Source: Deinococcales bacterium (lineage in GTDB: Bacteria; Deinococcota; Deinococci; Deinococcales; JAAFIG01). Taken from it: DNA of 49,972 bases. Of the stretch, positions 38,920 through 48,283 are shown in pieces (the first letter of the stretch is position 1; every line of letters starts with the position of its first letter). Under the pieces are notes generated by a model that made no database searches, had not been told where the DNA came from, and was given only the letters and a program-made list of their open reading frames with translations. The position numbers and the translations under genes were made by a program. The stretch is from assembly GCA_031414595.1 (NCBI GenBank), contig JANNVX010000060.1:1-49972 (forward strand). Direction: 5' to 3'.

Positions 38920-39318
38920 ATGCCAAACCTAACCACAAAAATCCGAATTGCTCGCCCCACCAACAATCTCGAGAACGTTATACGTTTTTATCGTAATGGA
39001 CTTGGCTTTTCTATCATTGCAGACTTTCAAAATCACGACGGGTTTGATGGTGTAATGCTTGGCTTAGAAGGTGCAATCTACCATCTCGAGTTCACGCACC
39101 ACCTAGGTCATGTTGTGCCAGACGCGCCAACCCAAGATAATTTACTTATTTTTTACTTACCAGACAAACAAATCTGGCTCGAGGCAGTGGGGCAAATGCA
39201 GCAAGCTGGGTTTGAGTCAGTCAAGTCTTACAATCCGTATTGGGATGTTCACGGAAAAACCTTTCAAGACCCTGATGGTTACAGGGTTGTTTTACAAAAT
39301 GCTGAGTGGTCTCTATGA
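38920..39318 (+). CDS. VOC family protein (YycE-like)
   Basis: RIARPT, FQNHDGFDGVMLG, YHLEFT, NPYW..GKTFQDPDGYRVVL. Confidence 0.88.
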   Translation: MPNLTTKIRIARPTNNLENVIRFYRNGLGFSIIADFQNHDGFDGVMLGLEGAIYHLEFTHHLGHVVPDAPTQDNLLIFYLPDKQIWLEAVGQMQQAGFESVKSYNPYWDVHGKTFQDPDGYRVVLQNAEWSL

Positions 39319-39677
39319 ATCAGCACTCGAACCCCCAATTCTGGCTAGACCTCGAGCAGCTTGTCTCCTCGAGTCGGTTGCATATTGACCGTCCAAAAGG
39401 CTCGAGTCATCCACGTTATAGCAATTTAATTTACCCTTTTGATTACGGCGAACTTCTTGGCACAAGCGGCGGCGATGGTAAGGGAATAGATGTCTGGGTT
39501 GGGTCACTCGAGAAAACCATCACGGGCATTCTTGCCACAGTAAACACCGAAAAACGAGATTCAGAAACGAAAATTTTGCTGGGTTGCTCGAGTCTTGAGA
39601 TGCAGCAAATCCAAAGTTGGTATAACAACATAGCAAAGGTGCAGTGCTTACTGTTCATCAGGGGGATTCATGATTGA
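39315..39677 (+). CDS. Inorganic pyrophosphatase-like protein
   Basis: IDRPKGSSHP..IYPFDYG...GDGKGIDVW. Confidence 0.75.
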   Translation: MNQHSNPQFWLDLEQLVSSSRLHIDRPKGSSHPRYSNLIYPFDYGELLGTSGGDGKGIDVWVGSLEKTITGILATVNTEKRDSETKILLGCSSLEMQQIQSWYNNIAKVQCLLFIRGIHD

Positions 39678-40185
39678 TTCTTTTGCGTTTTGTGGTTTTT
39701 GCGGCACGGCGTACCCCGAAAATCAACCGATTTTTGCCCGTACTTGCCAAAGCTGTAGGCGCACAGCCTATAAAAATCCCTTGCCTGTGGCGGTGGTGCT
39801 TGTGCCTGTGCGTCTCGAATCCGAGGACTTGGGTGTATTGGTGATTCGCCGCAATATTCCGCCCCGCCAAGGGCAACTGGCATTACCTGGTGGGTTTATC
39901 AACTTTGGAGAATCTTGGCAAACTGGGGCGGCTCGTGAAGTTCTCGAGGAAACTGGTTTGGTCTTAAACCCAGATTACATTCGTCTGGCTCGAGTTCATA
40001 GCGCTCCAGACAGCACCATCCTAATTTTTGGAATTGCGCCAATCCAGCCAGTTAATGTTCTCGAGGGGTTGACACTATCCTCCGAAACTTCAGAAATTAC
40101 GGTTCTCGAGAAGTTTAATGAGCTTGCCTTTCCACTGCATACAATGGTGGCAGAAGAATTCTTTGAAGGCGTGTTTTTCTCGTGA
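39670..40185 (+). CDS. NUDIX hydrolase with N-terminal Zn ribbon
   Basis: FCGFCG, CQSC, YKNP, LPGGFINFGESWQTGAAREVLEETG. Confidence 0.9.
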   Translation: MIDSFAFCGFCGTAYPENQPIFARTCQSCRRTAYKNPLPVAVVLVPVRLESEDLGVLVIRRNIPPRQGQLALPGGFINFGESWQTGAAREVLEETGLVLNPDYIRLARVHSAPDSTILIFGIAPIQPVNVLEGLTLSSETSEITVLEKFNELAFPLHTMVAEEFFEGVFFS

Positions 40186-40691
40186 TTCCAACCCTTCGAG
40201 ACGCAACTTCCCAAGATGCCGAGTTAATAGCCGCCTTGACTCGAGCCGCTTGGGTGGGTAAACCAGCCAATTCAAGCGCTCACCAAGAAACTGCCGAGGT
40301 TGTCCTAAAAAGTCTCAAAGATGGCGAAATTATCATCATGGAATTAGGCGGTAAACCCATTGGCGCAGTGCGAATTTATCCTGTTTTTGATCATGGTTTC
40401 CCCGTTGCCCTCGAGATGGCGCGGTTGGCGGTGCTACCCGAATACCGAGGTCGTGGGCTTAGCACATGGCTGACCAACGAAGTGATGATTCGAGCAACGC
40501 AGCGCGGTATTGAAGAATTACGCTTGGCAGTACGAACCGACGAGCCGGGTCTGGTCAAGTTTTACGAGCGCATTGGGTTTTTTACTGACTCAAGCATAAC
40601 ATACAGTCATGCCAATCCAAACAGTCCTAAACCGATTACGATGCGAAAGTATTTATTTAATCAGATTCCAGCAAAAGGGGATTTTGTATGA
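40182..40691 (+). CDS. GNAT family N-acetyltransferase
   Basis: RLAVLPEYRGRGLS, FYERIGF. Confidence 0.88.
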   Translation: MIPTLRDATSQDAELIAALTRAAWVGKPANSSAHQETAEVVLKSLKDGEIIIMELGGKPIGAVRIYPVFDHGFPVALEMARLAVLPEYRGRGLSTWLTNEVMIRATQRGIEELRLAVRTDEPGLVKFYERIGFFTDSSITYSHANPNSPKPITMRKYLFNQIPAKGDFV

Positions 40692-40939
40692 AAAAAGAAT
40701 CACCGCAAACCCTTGGTATCGCACTGGTGATTGGTGGTGTGATGACGACTTATTTTGCAATTGATTTTTTTAGGGTATTTCAAGCCTTTCAATTACAACA
40801 AATGATTTCATTGGGCAGACGTGGACGGCTTGGGATTCCCACAACTTTTGACGTGGCTTTCAGAGGAGTTTTTGTGCTTGTAGGGATTGCACTGGTGTCT
40901 TACATTGTTTTCCGGCTCATAAAAGGGAGTTCCAAATGA
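40688..40939 (+). CDS. Small two-TM membrane protein
   Basis: 83 aa, two hydrophobic helices, overlaps both neighbours. Confidence 0.65.
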   Translation: MKKESPQTLGIALVIGGVMTTYFAIDFFRVFQAFQLQQMISLGRRGRLGIPTTFDVAFRGVFVLVGIALVSYIVFRLIKGSSK

Positions 40940-41163
40940 ATGACACCCATCCAAAAATAGCGGCGATTCATCTCGAGATGCTGCGCTCATTAACCCCCGA
41001 GGCACGATTCAAAATGGCTTTGCGATTCTCGAGAAATATCATTGATTTATCGAGAAAACAATTTGTGGCACGACATGGTGAACTTGGAATGCAGCGTTGG
41101 CTCGAGGCACATTATGGTGAAAAATTAGCTCGAGGTGCATTGGGTAAGGCTTACCATGAATGA
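40936..41163 (+). CDS. Small helical protein, putative antitoxin partner of the nucleotidyltransferase
   Basis: MNDT.P.......LRSLTPEARFKMA pattern; coupled to the downstream NTase. Confidence 0.6.
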   Translation: MNDTHPKIAAIHLEMLRSLTPEARFKMALRFSRNIIDLSRKQFVARHGELGMQRWLEAHYGEKLARGALGKAYHE

Positions 41164-41734
41164 ATCTCTTGAGGCTTTGCGCTTACTGATTGTTGTGTTT
41201 GAACAACTTGGAATTTCGTACCGTGTTGGTGGTTCGCTTGCCAGCAGTGTGCATGGTATTGCTCGAGCCACAATGGATGCGGATTTAGTTACAAATATCG
41301 AAGAAAGACATATCACAGCTTTTACAAACGCCTTAAAAGCAACTTATTATGTGGATGCCGAATTGATAGCCGATGCCTTAAAAGCAAGTCAGTCTTTTAA
41401 CTTAATACATTTAGATACATTCATTAAAATAGATATATTTCCTCTGACGCTTAGAACCTATGACCAAAAGAGTTTTGAGCGTCGTTTTGTGACTGAAGAA
41501 ACAAACTTTATCACCGCCGAAGACAGCATTCTCAGAAAACTCGAGTGGTTTAGGTTATCTGATGGTTCAGAACGTCAATGGCGGGATGTTCTGGGTGTAT
41601 TGCGGATGCAGCAACCAGCAAATCTGGATTTTCAATATTTAAATTATTGGGCAAAAGAATTAGCCATTCTTGATTTACTCGAGAAAGCCATAGCAGAAGC
41701 TCAGTCAGGAGAAAACAATGTCGGCAACCAATAA
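41156..41734 (+). CDS. Nucleotidyltransferase-fold protein (MenT/AbiEii/DUF6036-like)
   Basis: VGGSLASSVHG..RATMDADLV, EDSILRKLEW, RQWRDV. Confidence 0.7.
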   Translation: MNESLEALRLLIVVFEQLGISYRVGGSLASSVHGIARATMDADLVTNIEERHITAFTNALKATYYVDAELIADALKASQSFNLIHLDTFIKIDIFPLTLRTYDQKSFERRFVTEETNFITAEDSILRKLEWFRLSDGSERQWRDVLGVLRMQQPANLDFQYLNYWAKELAILDLLEKAIAEAQSGENNVGNQ

Positions 41735-43106
41735 AAAACCGTGGGGTGGGCGTTTTGAATCGGCTACCAGCCAACTCGTCGAGGCATTTAACGCCAGTGT
41801 GGATTTTGATAAACGCCTGGTTCTCGAGGACATCGCAGGGTCAAAAGCCCATGTCAAAATGCTCGGCACAGTCGGAATTCTCGAAGATGGCGAAGTACAG
41901 CAAATTCTCGAGGGACTAAAAAAAGTGCTGCTCGAAGTCGAAGCTGGGACTTTTCCGTGGCGTGTCGAACTCGAGGATGTGCATATGAACGTCGAGACGC
42001 GCCTCAAAGAACTGATTGGCGCAACGGCTGGCAAACTGCACACCGCCCGCTCGAGAAATGACCAAGTGGCATTGGATTTTAGGCTTTGGGTCAAGAAGAC
42101 TTGTCTGAGGGCTGCCCAGAAACTCGAGACTTTACGAGCCGTGATGCTTTCAGAAGCTGAACGCAATATGGGCGTAATCATGCCGGGTTACACGCATTTG
42201 CAAGTGGCACAACCTATTTTGGTTTCGCATTGGTTTATGGCGTACTTTGAAATGTTTTCCCGTGACATCAGCCGTTTTCACGATGCCGCCAAACGCATGA
42301 ACGAGTCGCCGCTTGGGGCTGGGGCTTTGGCAGGTACGCCGTGGCAAATAGACCGTTTCCAGACCGCCACAGAACTTGGTTTTGCTGCCCCAACCCGCAA
42401 TAGTTTAGATTCTGTTGGCAGTCGTGACTTTGCCCTCGAGTACCTGAGTGCTTGTGCAATCTGCATGGCGACCTTATCCCGATTGAGCGAAGAACTGATT
42501 CTCTACTCGAGTTTTGAATTTGGCTTTATCACCTTGCCCGATTCGCACACCACTGGCAGCAGCATCATGCCTCAAAAGAAAAACCCTGATGTTGCAGAAT
42601 TAGCAAGGGGCAAGGCAGGACGGGTTTTTGGTGATTTAATGGCGCTTTTGACTGTGGTCAAAGGCACACCGCTTGCCTACAACAAAGATTTCCAAGAGGA
42701 CAAAGAACCAGTATTCGATGCCGCCGACACTTTAGAAGTGATTCTCGAGTTGTACGCCGATATGCTGCCGCTCTGCACTTGGAATGCTGCCACCACTGAA
42801 ATGGCTGCGGCTCGAGGTTACAGCACGGCTACAGACCTCGCTGATTACCTTGCCCGCCAAGGCGTACCGTTCCGCGAAGCCCATGAAGTGGTTGGCAAAC
42901 TGGTTGGCTTGTGCGTCAAGACAAACAGGCAGCTCTGGCAACTCGAGGAAAGCGAACTACAAGCCGCACATGAAAAACTAGATTCTCGAGCGCTCGAGGT
43001 TGTGACTGTGCAATCCAGTGTGGCTGCCCGAACCAGTTACGGTGGCACAGCCCCAAAACGCGTCCAAGAAGCGATTCTCGAGGCAAGAAAACAAATCCAA
43101 CCGTAG
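41718..43106 (+). CDS. argH: Argininosuccinate lyase
   Basis: WGGRF, HTARSRNDQ, PGYTHLQ, GSSIMPQKKNPD, YNKDFQEDK. Confidence 0.98.
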   Translation: MSATNKKPWGGRFESATSQLVEAFNASVDFDKRLVLEDIAGSKAHVKMLGTVGILEDGEVQQILEGLKKVLLEVEAGTFPWRVELEDVHMNVETRLKELIGATAGKLHTARSRNDQVALDFRLWVKKTCLRAAQKLETLRAVMLSEAERNMGVIMPGYTHLQVAQPILVSHWFMAYFEMFSRDISRFHDAAKRMNESPLGAGALAGTPWQIDRFQTATELGFAAPTRNSLDSVGSRDFALEYLSACAICMATLSRLSEELILYSSFEFGFITLPDSHTTGSSIMPQKKNPDVAELARGKAGRVFGDLMALLTVVKGTPLAYNKDFQEDKEPVFDAADTLEVILELYADMLPLCTWNAATTEMAAARGYSTATDLADYLARQGVPFREAHEVVGKLVGLCVKTNRQLWQLEESELQAAHEKLDSRALEVVTVQSSVAARTSYGGTAPKRVQEAILEARKQIQP

Positions 43107-43265
43107 GGGTCAGGCACGCGACCATGCCCGCCAGGTGCGTGTTTATGGTCAAGAAGCCTGACCCGCTACCAAACGAAAATACAAATAAATTTCCCAAAAT
43201 CAAAACTATATCGAAAATGTAAAACCAATCATCTCTCACGAGGGCGAGGCATACCTCGCCCCTAC
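43103..43265. repeat. Pair of inverted GTAG-REP hairpins (REPIN-like); the first carries a 38-bp insert
   Basis: GTAG GGGTCAGG cacg [38bp] CCTGACCC ... GGGCGAGG cata CCTCGCCC CTAC. Confidence 0.7.
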
Positions 43266-43277
43266 GGTTAAAATAAA

Positions 43278-43829
43278 ATGGAGGTCAATGTGTTGCAACT
43301 TAGTCCAATGGTTCATTTGCCAAACATCAATCCAAATCTCCCGCTTGACCTTCGTCATGCCACCCTTGATGATGTCCCCAAAATTTACGAGTTGGTCAAA
43401 TACTGGGCAGACAAAGGGCGAATGCTCGAGCGCAGCCATGAACTGCTCGAGTCTACCATCCAAGAATTCTTGATACTCGAGAACAATGCGGGCGAGTTAG
43501 CGGGTTGTGTTGGTTTACACCGCATGGCAGAAGACCTTGCCGAGGTGCGTGGTTTGGCAATTCATCCAAGTTTTCAGGGCAAGGGCTTAGGGCGTTGGCT
43601 GGTACTTGGCACAGAACGATTTGCCAGAGATTTGGGTTTGAAGCGCTTATTTGCTTGGACTTACGAGCAACGTTTTTTTGAGAAATGTGGGTTTGCAAGA
43701 ATTCCAAGGGAAGTCGAAACCCTACCTTCCGAGATTCATGCCGAATGCACACGTTGTCAGTTTCAGACCAATTGCCAAGAGATTCCAATGCTAAAAATTC
43801 TCGAGCGTCCGAAGTTAGCGGTGGCATGA
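43278..43829 (+). CDS. Amino-acid N-acetyltransferase (short ArgA-like GNAT)
   Basis: MLERS, DLAEVRGLAI.P.FQGKGLG, FFEKCGF, EC..C....NC.E; follows argH; GTG 43290 is a possible start. Confidence 0.8.
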   Translation: MEVNVLQLSPMVHLPNINPNLPLDLRHATLDDVPKIYELVKYWADKGRMLERSHELLESTIQEFLILENNAGELAGCVGLHRMAEDLAEVRGLAIHPSFQGKGLGRWLVLGTERFARDLGLKRLFAWTYEQRFFEKCGFARIPREVETLPSEIHAECTRCQFQTNCQEIPMLKILERPKLAVA

Positions 43830-43927
43830 CCGACGAAATTCTTGATTTGGTGAAGGCTGCCAATCAAATCATTGGGCAAGTCTCGAGGGGGCGTATTTTT
43901 GCCAGAATCAGTTCGTCTTGGCTTTAA
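43826..43927 (+). pseudogene. Truncated NUDIX/IDI-type hydrolase remnant
   Basis: ATGA-coupled MTDEILDLV...QIIGQVSRG resembles IDI-like Nudix N-termini; stops after 33 codons. Confidence 0.5.
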
Positions 43928-43967
43928 TCATTTGGGGAAATCTTGTGACCTCTGTTAAACTCGGGGT

Positions 43968-44915
43968 ATGTCCGATATTCCTTTTGATCGTAGACGCGGT
44001 GAACGCGGGCGAGAACTGCGCGATTTAATGATTGCCTATTTGTTTATGCTGCCAATGCTGGCAGTCAAAGTCTTATTTACTTTTTGGCCAATTATCTTTG
44101 GCACAGCACTGGCTTTTGCGACCGTCAACATCGGCAAGGGCTTTTCGCTCGAGTGGGTGGGGCTTAAGAACTTCGAGGAGCTTTTTGGCTTTGGCAGTTT
44201 TGCTGGGCGCGGACCAGACCGAGACTTCTGGTACGGTTTGACCAACAGCCTTAAATACATTTTGGTCGTGCCTTTTATTCAGTTTTTAAGTATTGGACTC
44301 GCCATGTTGGTCAACCGCACGATTCCTTTGATTGGTTTATTTCGCACCGCTTTTTATGTGCCAGTCGTGACCAGTTTTTCGGTGGTCGGTTTAATGTGGC
44401 AGTGGATGTACAATCAGTACGGTCCGATTAACTTTATGCTTGCAAGCCTTGGTTTAATGGACTCCAAAAATCCTAGTAACTTACTCAATAACCCAGCCCT
44501 CGCACTCTGGGCAATTATGATTGTGACGCTTTGGAAAGGCTTGGGCTATTACATGGTTTTGTACTTGGCGGGCTTACAAAGTATTGACCGTAGCCTCGAG
44601 GAGGCAGCCGTGATAGACGGGGCAAATCGTTGGCAGGTCTTTTGGAATATCACCATTCCGGGTTTGCGTCCGACCATTCTGGTTTGCAGTTTACTCAGTA
44701 CAATTAGCGCCATAAAGGTCTTTGAAGAGATTTTTACGATGACGGCTGGCGGACCGGCGGGCAGCACCTACACCGCCATGTACTTTATTTACTCTAAATC
44801 CTTTGGTGATTACCGCTTTGGCTACGCTGCTGCCGCCGGTTTGGTTGTGGCTGTGGTCAGCATGTTCTTTGCTTTTATCAATTTTAGACTGACCAGAGGA
44901 AACGACAATGCTTAA
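43968..44915 (+). CDS. Carbohydrate ABC transporter permease 1
   Basis: YLAGLQSI...LEEAAVIDGA EAA motif, multiple TMs. Confidence 0.93.
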   Translation: MSDIPFDRRRGERGRELRDLMIAYLFMLPMLAVKVLFTFWPIIFGTALAFATVNIGKGFSLEWVGLKNFEELFGFGSFAGRGPDRDFWYGLTNSLKYILVVPFIQFLSIGLAMLVNRTIPLIGLFRTAFYVPVVTSFSVVGLMWQWMYNQYGPINFMLASLGLMDSKNPSNLLNNPALALWAIMIVTLWKGLGYYMVLYLAGLQSIDRSLEEAAVIDGANRWQVFWNITIPGLRPTILVCSLLSTISAIKVFEEIFTMTAGGPAGSTYTAMYFIYSKSFGDYRFGYAAAAGLVVAVVSMFFAFINFRLTRGNDNA

Positions 44916-45786
44916 TACCACCCCAGAAGCCCAAACCTTAAAACGCAAGCGCCAATTTCAAAAGCGGCTCGAGAATTTAGCCGTTTACATGGTTTTAATT
45001 ATCGTTGGGTTCATTAGCGTCTACCCTTTTTTATGGACGCTCCGCACCAGTTTAAGCACTTCTGGAGGGATTTTTGAATTCCCGCCAAGTTTAATCCCGA
45101 CCGAAGCCAGCTTAAAGAACTTTATTACCGTCACCGAAATCGTGCCGATTTTGCGCCAAGCCTTAAACAGCTTAATTATTTGTTTTTTTGGTGTGCTGGG
45201 TGCAATTATTGTGGCGGCGCTGGGCGCGTACCCTTTGGCAAAAATGAAATTCTGGGGCAGAGATGCTGTGTTTTATGCCCTGATTGCTACACTGGTACTG
45301 CCCAACGAAGCAGGTTTAATCGTTAATTTTATCACCGTCTCGAGACTGGGGTTACTGGCTACCGATGTCGGACAATTCGCCGCCGTGATTCTGCCAGCCT
45401 TTGGCAGTGTCGCCAATGTTTTTTTGATGCGCCAAGCCTACCTTGGCATTCCAGCCGAATTGCTCGAGGCTGCCCGAATAGACGGAGCGTCTGAACTGAG
45501 GATTTGGTGGAGTATCATGCTGCCGCTAACCATGCCGACCATAGCCGCTGTTAGCATTTTACAATTTGTGGCATTCTGGAACAGTTTTCTATGGGCATTT
45601 ATTGTCATGCGTGACCGCAATTTATACCCTTTAAGTGCAGGTATGCTCGATTTATCAGGTGCGTTTTCCACCAATACACGAGCCATCAGTGCGGGTGCGG
45701 TACTGATGATGATACCAATTTTACTGGTGTTCTTGTTCTTCCAACGTTACTTTATGCGCGGACTCGAGGGCGCAGTCAAGGGCTAA
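44908..45786 (+). CDS. Carbohydrate ABC transporter permease 2
   Basis: IPAELLEAARIDGA, WNSFLW, FQRYFMRG. Confidence 0.93.
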   Translation: MLNTTPEAQTLKRKRQFQKRLENLAVYMVLIIVGFISVYPFLWTLRTSLSTSGGIFEFPPSLIPTEASLKNFITVTEIVPILRQALNSLIICFFGVLGAIIVAALGAYPLAKMKFWGRDAVFYALIATLVLPNEAGLIVNFITVSRLGLLATDVGQFAAVILPAFGSVANVFLMRQAYLGIPAELLEAARIDGASELRIWWSIMLPLTMPTIAAVSILQFVAFWNSFLWAFIVMRDRNLYPLSAGMLDLSGAFSTNTRAISAGAVLMMIPILLVFLFFQRYFMRGLEGAVKG

Positions 45787-45793
45787 ACAAAAA

Positions 45794-45821
45794 TCCCCTC
45801 GAGCCGACCGACTCGAGGGGA
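45794..45821. terminator. Hairpin between convergent genes, likely terminator
   Basis: TCCCCTCGAG / CTCGAGGGGA 10-bp stem with A-tract on the left. Confidence 0.7.
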
Positions 45822-45839
45822 CATCTCCCGATAAAAGAT

Positions 45840-47414
45840 TTACGGGCAAATAAAGGCTGGTGTGCTGCTGTTGCGAGCGCTGGTGTTGGTGATAATTTCT
45901 TCAGCAAAGTCAGTTTTGTTGTTATTTGCATCAATGCAGCCTTTGCCAGCTCGGGAGAACACATTATCACCAGTAATTGTTGTGTAGTCAAAAGGTAAAC
46001 CTTCAGCTATTGAAGTTGTACATGAAGTATTGCCTCGTTGATAACAAATTAAATCAATAAACTTTGCACTTTGGGTTGAATCACAAGCAACGCCTGGGCT
46101 GATTGCTGGATTACCCCCACAGTCTAGCGAAGCTGTTTGGTTGACAATGGCAATTTTTCCTCCAGTCGCAAAATTGAAAGCTGCAATCCAAGCAGCAGTT
46201 GTCTCGGTTGCTGGTGTGGCTGGTTGAGCAGCGTTAGCTTGATTTGGGGTGCTGACTAATTTATATGTCCCCGGAGAAACAATTCCAAGACTACTGACAT
46301 TAATCGTATTCACATTCAAAGCAGAAGTCGTTGTGCCAAAGTTTCCATTAAGAGACCCATATTGGAATGATTTACCATTGAAGGTTGCTGAGAATTCACC
46401 AGCATTAAAAACTTCAACAAAATCACTAACGTACACCGAACCTGCTGTACTTCCCCCAGCCGAAACTCGAGCAATGACCAATTTGGCTGGATTTTTCAAA
46501 AGTGTTTGGCTTGCACTTGTGCCAATCTTGACGTTGTTCTGGACGGTATAACCTGCGGTTGTATTAACTATCGAGTCATCAATCAGCACTTTATCGGTTG
46601 CATTTGCAATAGCGGTAGCTCGAGTGTTGGCATTAGCAGTGCTTTCCTCTGGGCTTCGGGTCACACGGTTGGCGGGCATGGTTGCGACTACAAAGGTCAT
46701 CACAAAGTTGTATGTTCCAGCCCCTGTGCCTTTAGGAAAACGCATCGCAACGTTAAACTTACCCGTTGCGCCATTGGCAATACTGCGGCTTGTTTGGGCG
46801 TTATCCGTGGCAACAAAACCATACTCGAGAACTGTGCCACTGGTCACTTGGCTCACAAAATTAGAATCGTTTTTGATGGTTGTGGCTTCCGTAGACGTAA
46901 TCGCTTGAAAGCTGGCTCGAGATTTATTAGTGGCATCATCTACGACAATGTTGCCGCTACTGCTGGTCATGGCATGGGTCGGACGAGCAAGTGCGGCTGT
47001 GGCATTTGAGGTGGCTGTTCCATTAAACAATGTGGCGGATTTAATGGCAGTTTCTGTACCAACTCCACCAAGGTTGCCTGTTTTTGCCAAAGCAACCAAG
47101 GTCAGGTTATTCAGGGCTGCACCTGTGTTATTGGTGATTGTAAAGTCCCTCGAGACGTAATCAAAATTACGTGGTGCATTGGATTCCACCAGCACTGTGG
47201 CAATACCGGTTGGGGCAATCACAATTTGGCTTTCGGTAATCACAGCTTGGCTGGTCAATTTAGCCATTGGATGAAACTTGGCAACCCCAAGTGTTTCGCC
47301 CATGTTTAGCTCGAGTGTACCAAGAACTTGTGGTCTAGTAGCTTGTAGACTGGTTTGGTTACAGGCTACAGCCAACGATACTGCACCTAAAATAAGCACA
47401 AAACGGTAATTCAT
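45840..47414 (-). CDS. Surface lipoprotein with C-terminal lamin-tail-domain-like module
   Basis: Lipobox LAVAC; LVIARVSAGGSTAGSVYVSDFVEVFN and DANNNKTDF resemble LTD modules; GGAGG RBS. Confidence 0.7.
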   Translation of the reverse strand: MNYRFVLILGAVSLAVACNQTSLQATRPQVLGTLELNMGETLGVAKFHPMAKLTSQAVITESQIVIAPTGIATVLVESNAPRNFDYVSRDFTITNNTGAALNNLTLVALAKTGNLGGVGTETAIKSATLFNGTATSNATAALARPTHAMTSSSGNIVVDDATNKSRASFQAITSTEATTIKNDSNFVSQVTSGTVLEYGFVATDNAQTSRSIANGATGKFNVAMRFPKGTGAGTYNFVMTFVVATMPANRVTRSPEESTANANTRATAIANATDKVLIDDSIVNTTAGYTVQNNVKIGTSASQTLLKNPAKLVIARVSAGGSTAGSVYVSDFVEVFNAGEFSATFNGKSFQYGSLNGNFGTTTSALNVNTINVSSLGIVSPGTYKLVSTPNQANAAQPATPATETTAAWIAAFNFATGGKIAIVNQTASLDCGGNPAISPGVACDSTQSAKFIDLICYQRGNTSCTTSIAEGLPFDYTTITGDNVFSRAGKGCIDANNNKTDFAEEIITNTSARNSSTPAFICP

Positions 47415-47632
47415 TGTTCACCCTCCATAAAATCATTCATCTCGAGTGGATTATCCATGCCAGTTGTGCCAATTGGAAGCGAAACCCCTGTTGTTAGGGT
47501 GTACAACTTTTGCTGCTCGAGATACGGGGCTTGGTATGGAAGGCGCTGAATTATGATACTGGTTTCCATTGGTATCCTTATGGTTTTTGAATAGAAGATT
47601 TACCAGCATAATTTATTTGGTAGTCTGGTCAA

Positions 47633-48283
47633 ATGCTACCTACTATTTTGAACTGGGAAAAGACTTTCATAGTCTCAGACGAAAAAACAGCCAGCTTGTT
47701 ATCGCATGGTACACACACCATCAATGTTCTTGCCCCATTTTTAGGACAAGAAAACAACACCAGAAACGCCTCTGAGGAATCTGGAATAAAACTGAATGTA
47801 CTGGCTTACTGGGTGCATAAATTCTGCGCGGCTGGCATACTGATTCACACCAAAACCGAAAAACGACGCGGTAGCCCAGTGCAGTATTACCGAGCCATTG
47901 CCGATGAAATTCTTGTACCTACCAGCCTGATTGCCAGTGCTTCGGATACAGAATTGCTGACTCGAGTACAACAACAAGAATACGAAATGTTCACTGCGAA
48001 TGCTGTCCGAGCAGGGCGCAAATTTTCCCCTGAATGGTATTTGCATTATTTCCGTTCTGAGCTTGGGCAGCACTGGACAATGCGCCCAATCGAAAATAAC
48101 GACCCAGTTAAAATTCTCGAGCGTCCCTTACACGATTGGTCGCATTTGGATTTAGCGCCAACTGCCCTAAAAGAATTACGGCGTGAACTCTGGGCATTAG
48201 AAGCCAAGTACAATGCCTTGAGCGGACAAGGTACAAAACGCAAACGGGTAACGCTGCATTTGGGCTTAGCTGAAATTAGCTAA
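47633..48283 (+). CDS. Winged-helix (ArsR-like) putative regulator
   Basis: LAPFLG, LAYWVHKFCAAGIL, RRGSPVQYYRA; divergent from the lipoprotein. Confidence 0.65.
   Translation: MLPTILNWEKTFIVSDEKTASLLSHGTHTINVLAPFLGQENNTRNASEESGIKLNVLAYWVHKFCAAGILIHTKTEKRRGSPVQYYRAIADEILVPTSLIASASDTELLTRVQQQEYEMFTANAVRAGRKFSPEWYLHYFRSELGQHWTMRPIENNDPVKILERPLHDWSHLDLAPTALKELRRELWALEAKYNALSGQGTKRKRVTLHLGLAEIS

Noticed and set aside
38387-41734. Integron cassette array
   Set aside because: No attC-like palindromes between genes, most genes overlap, and no integrase is present
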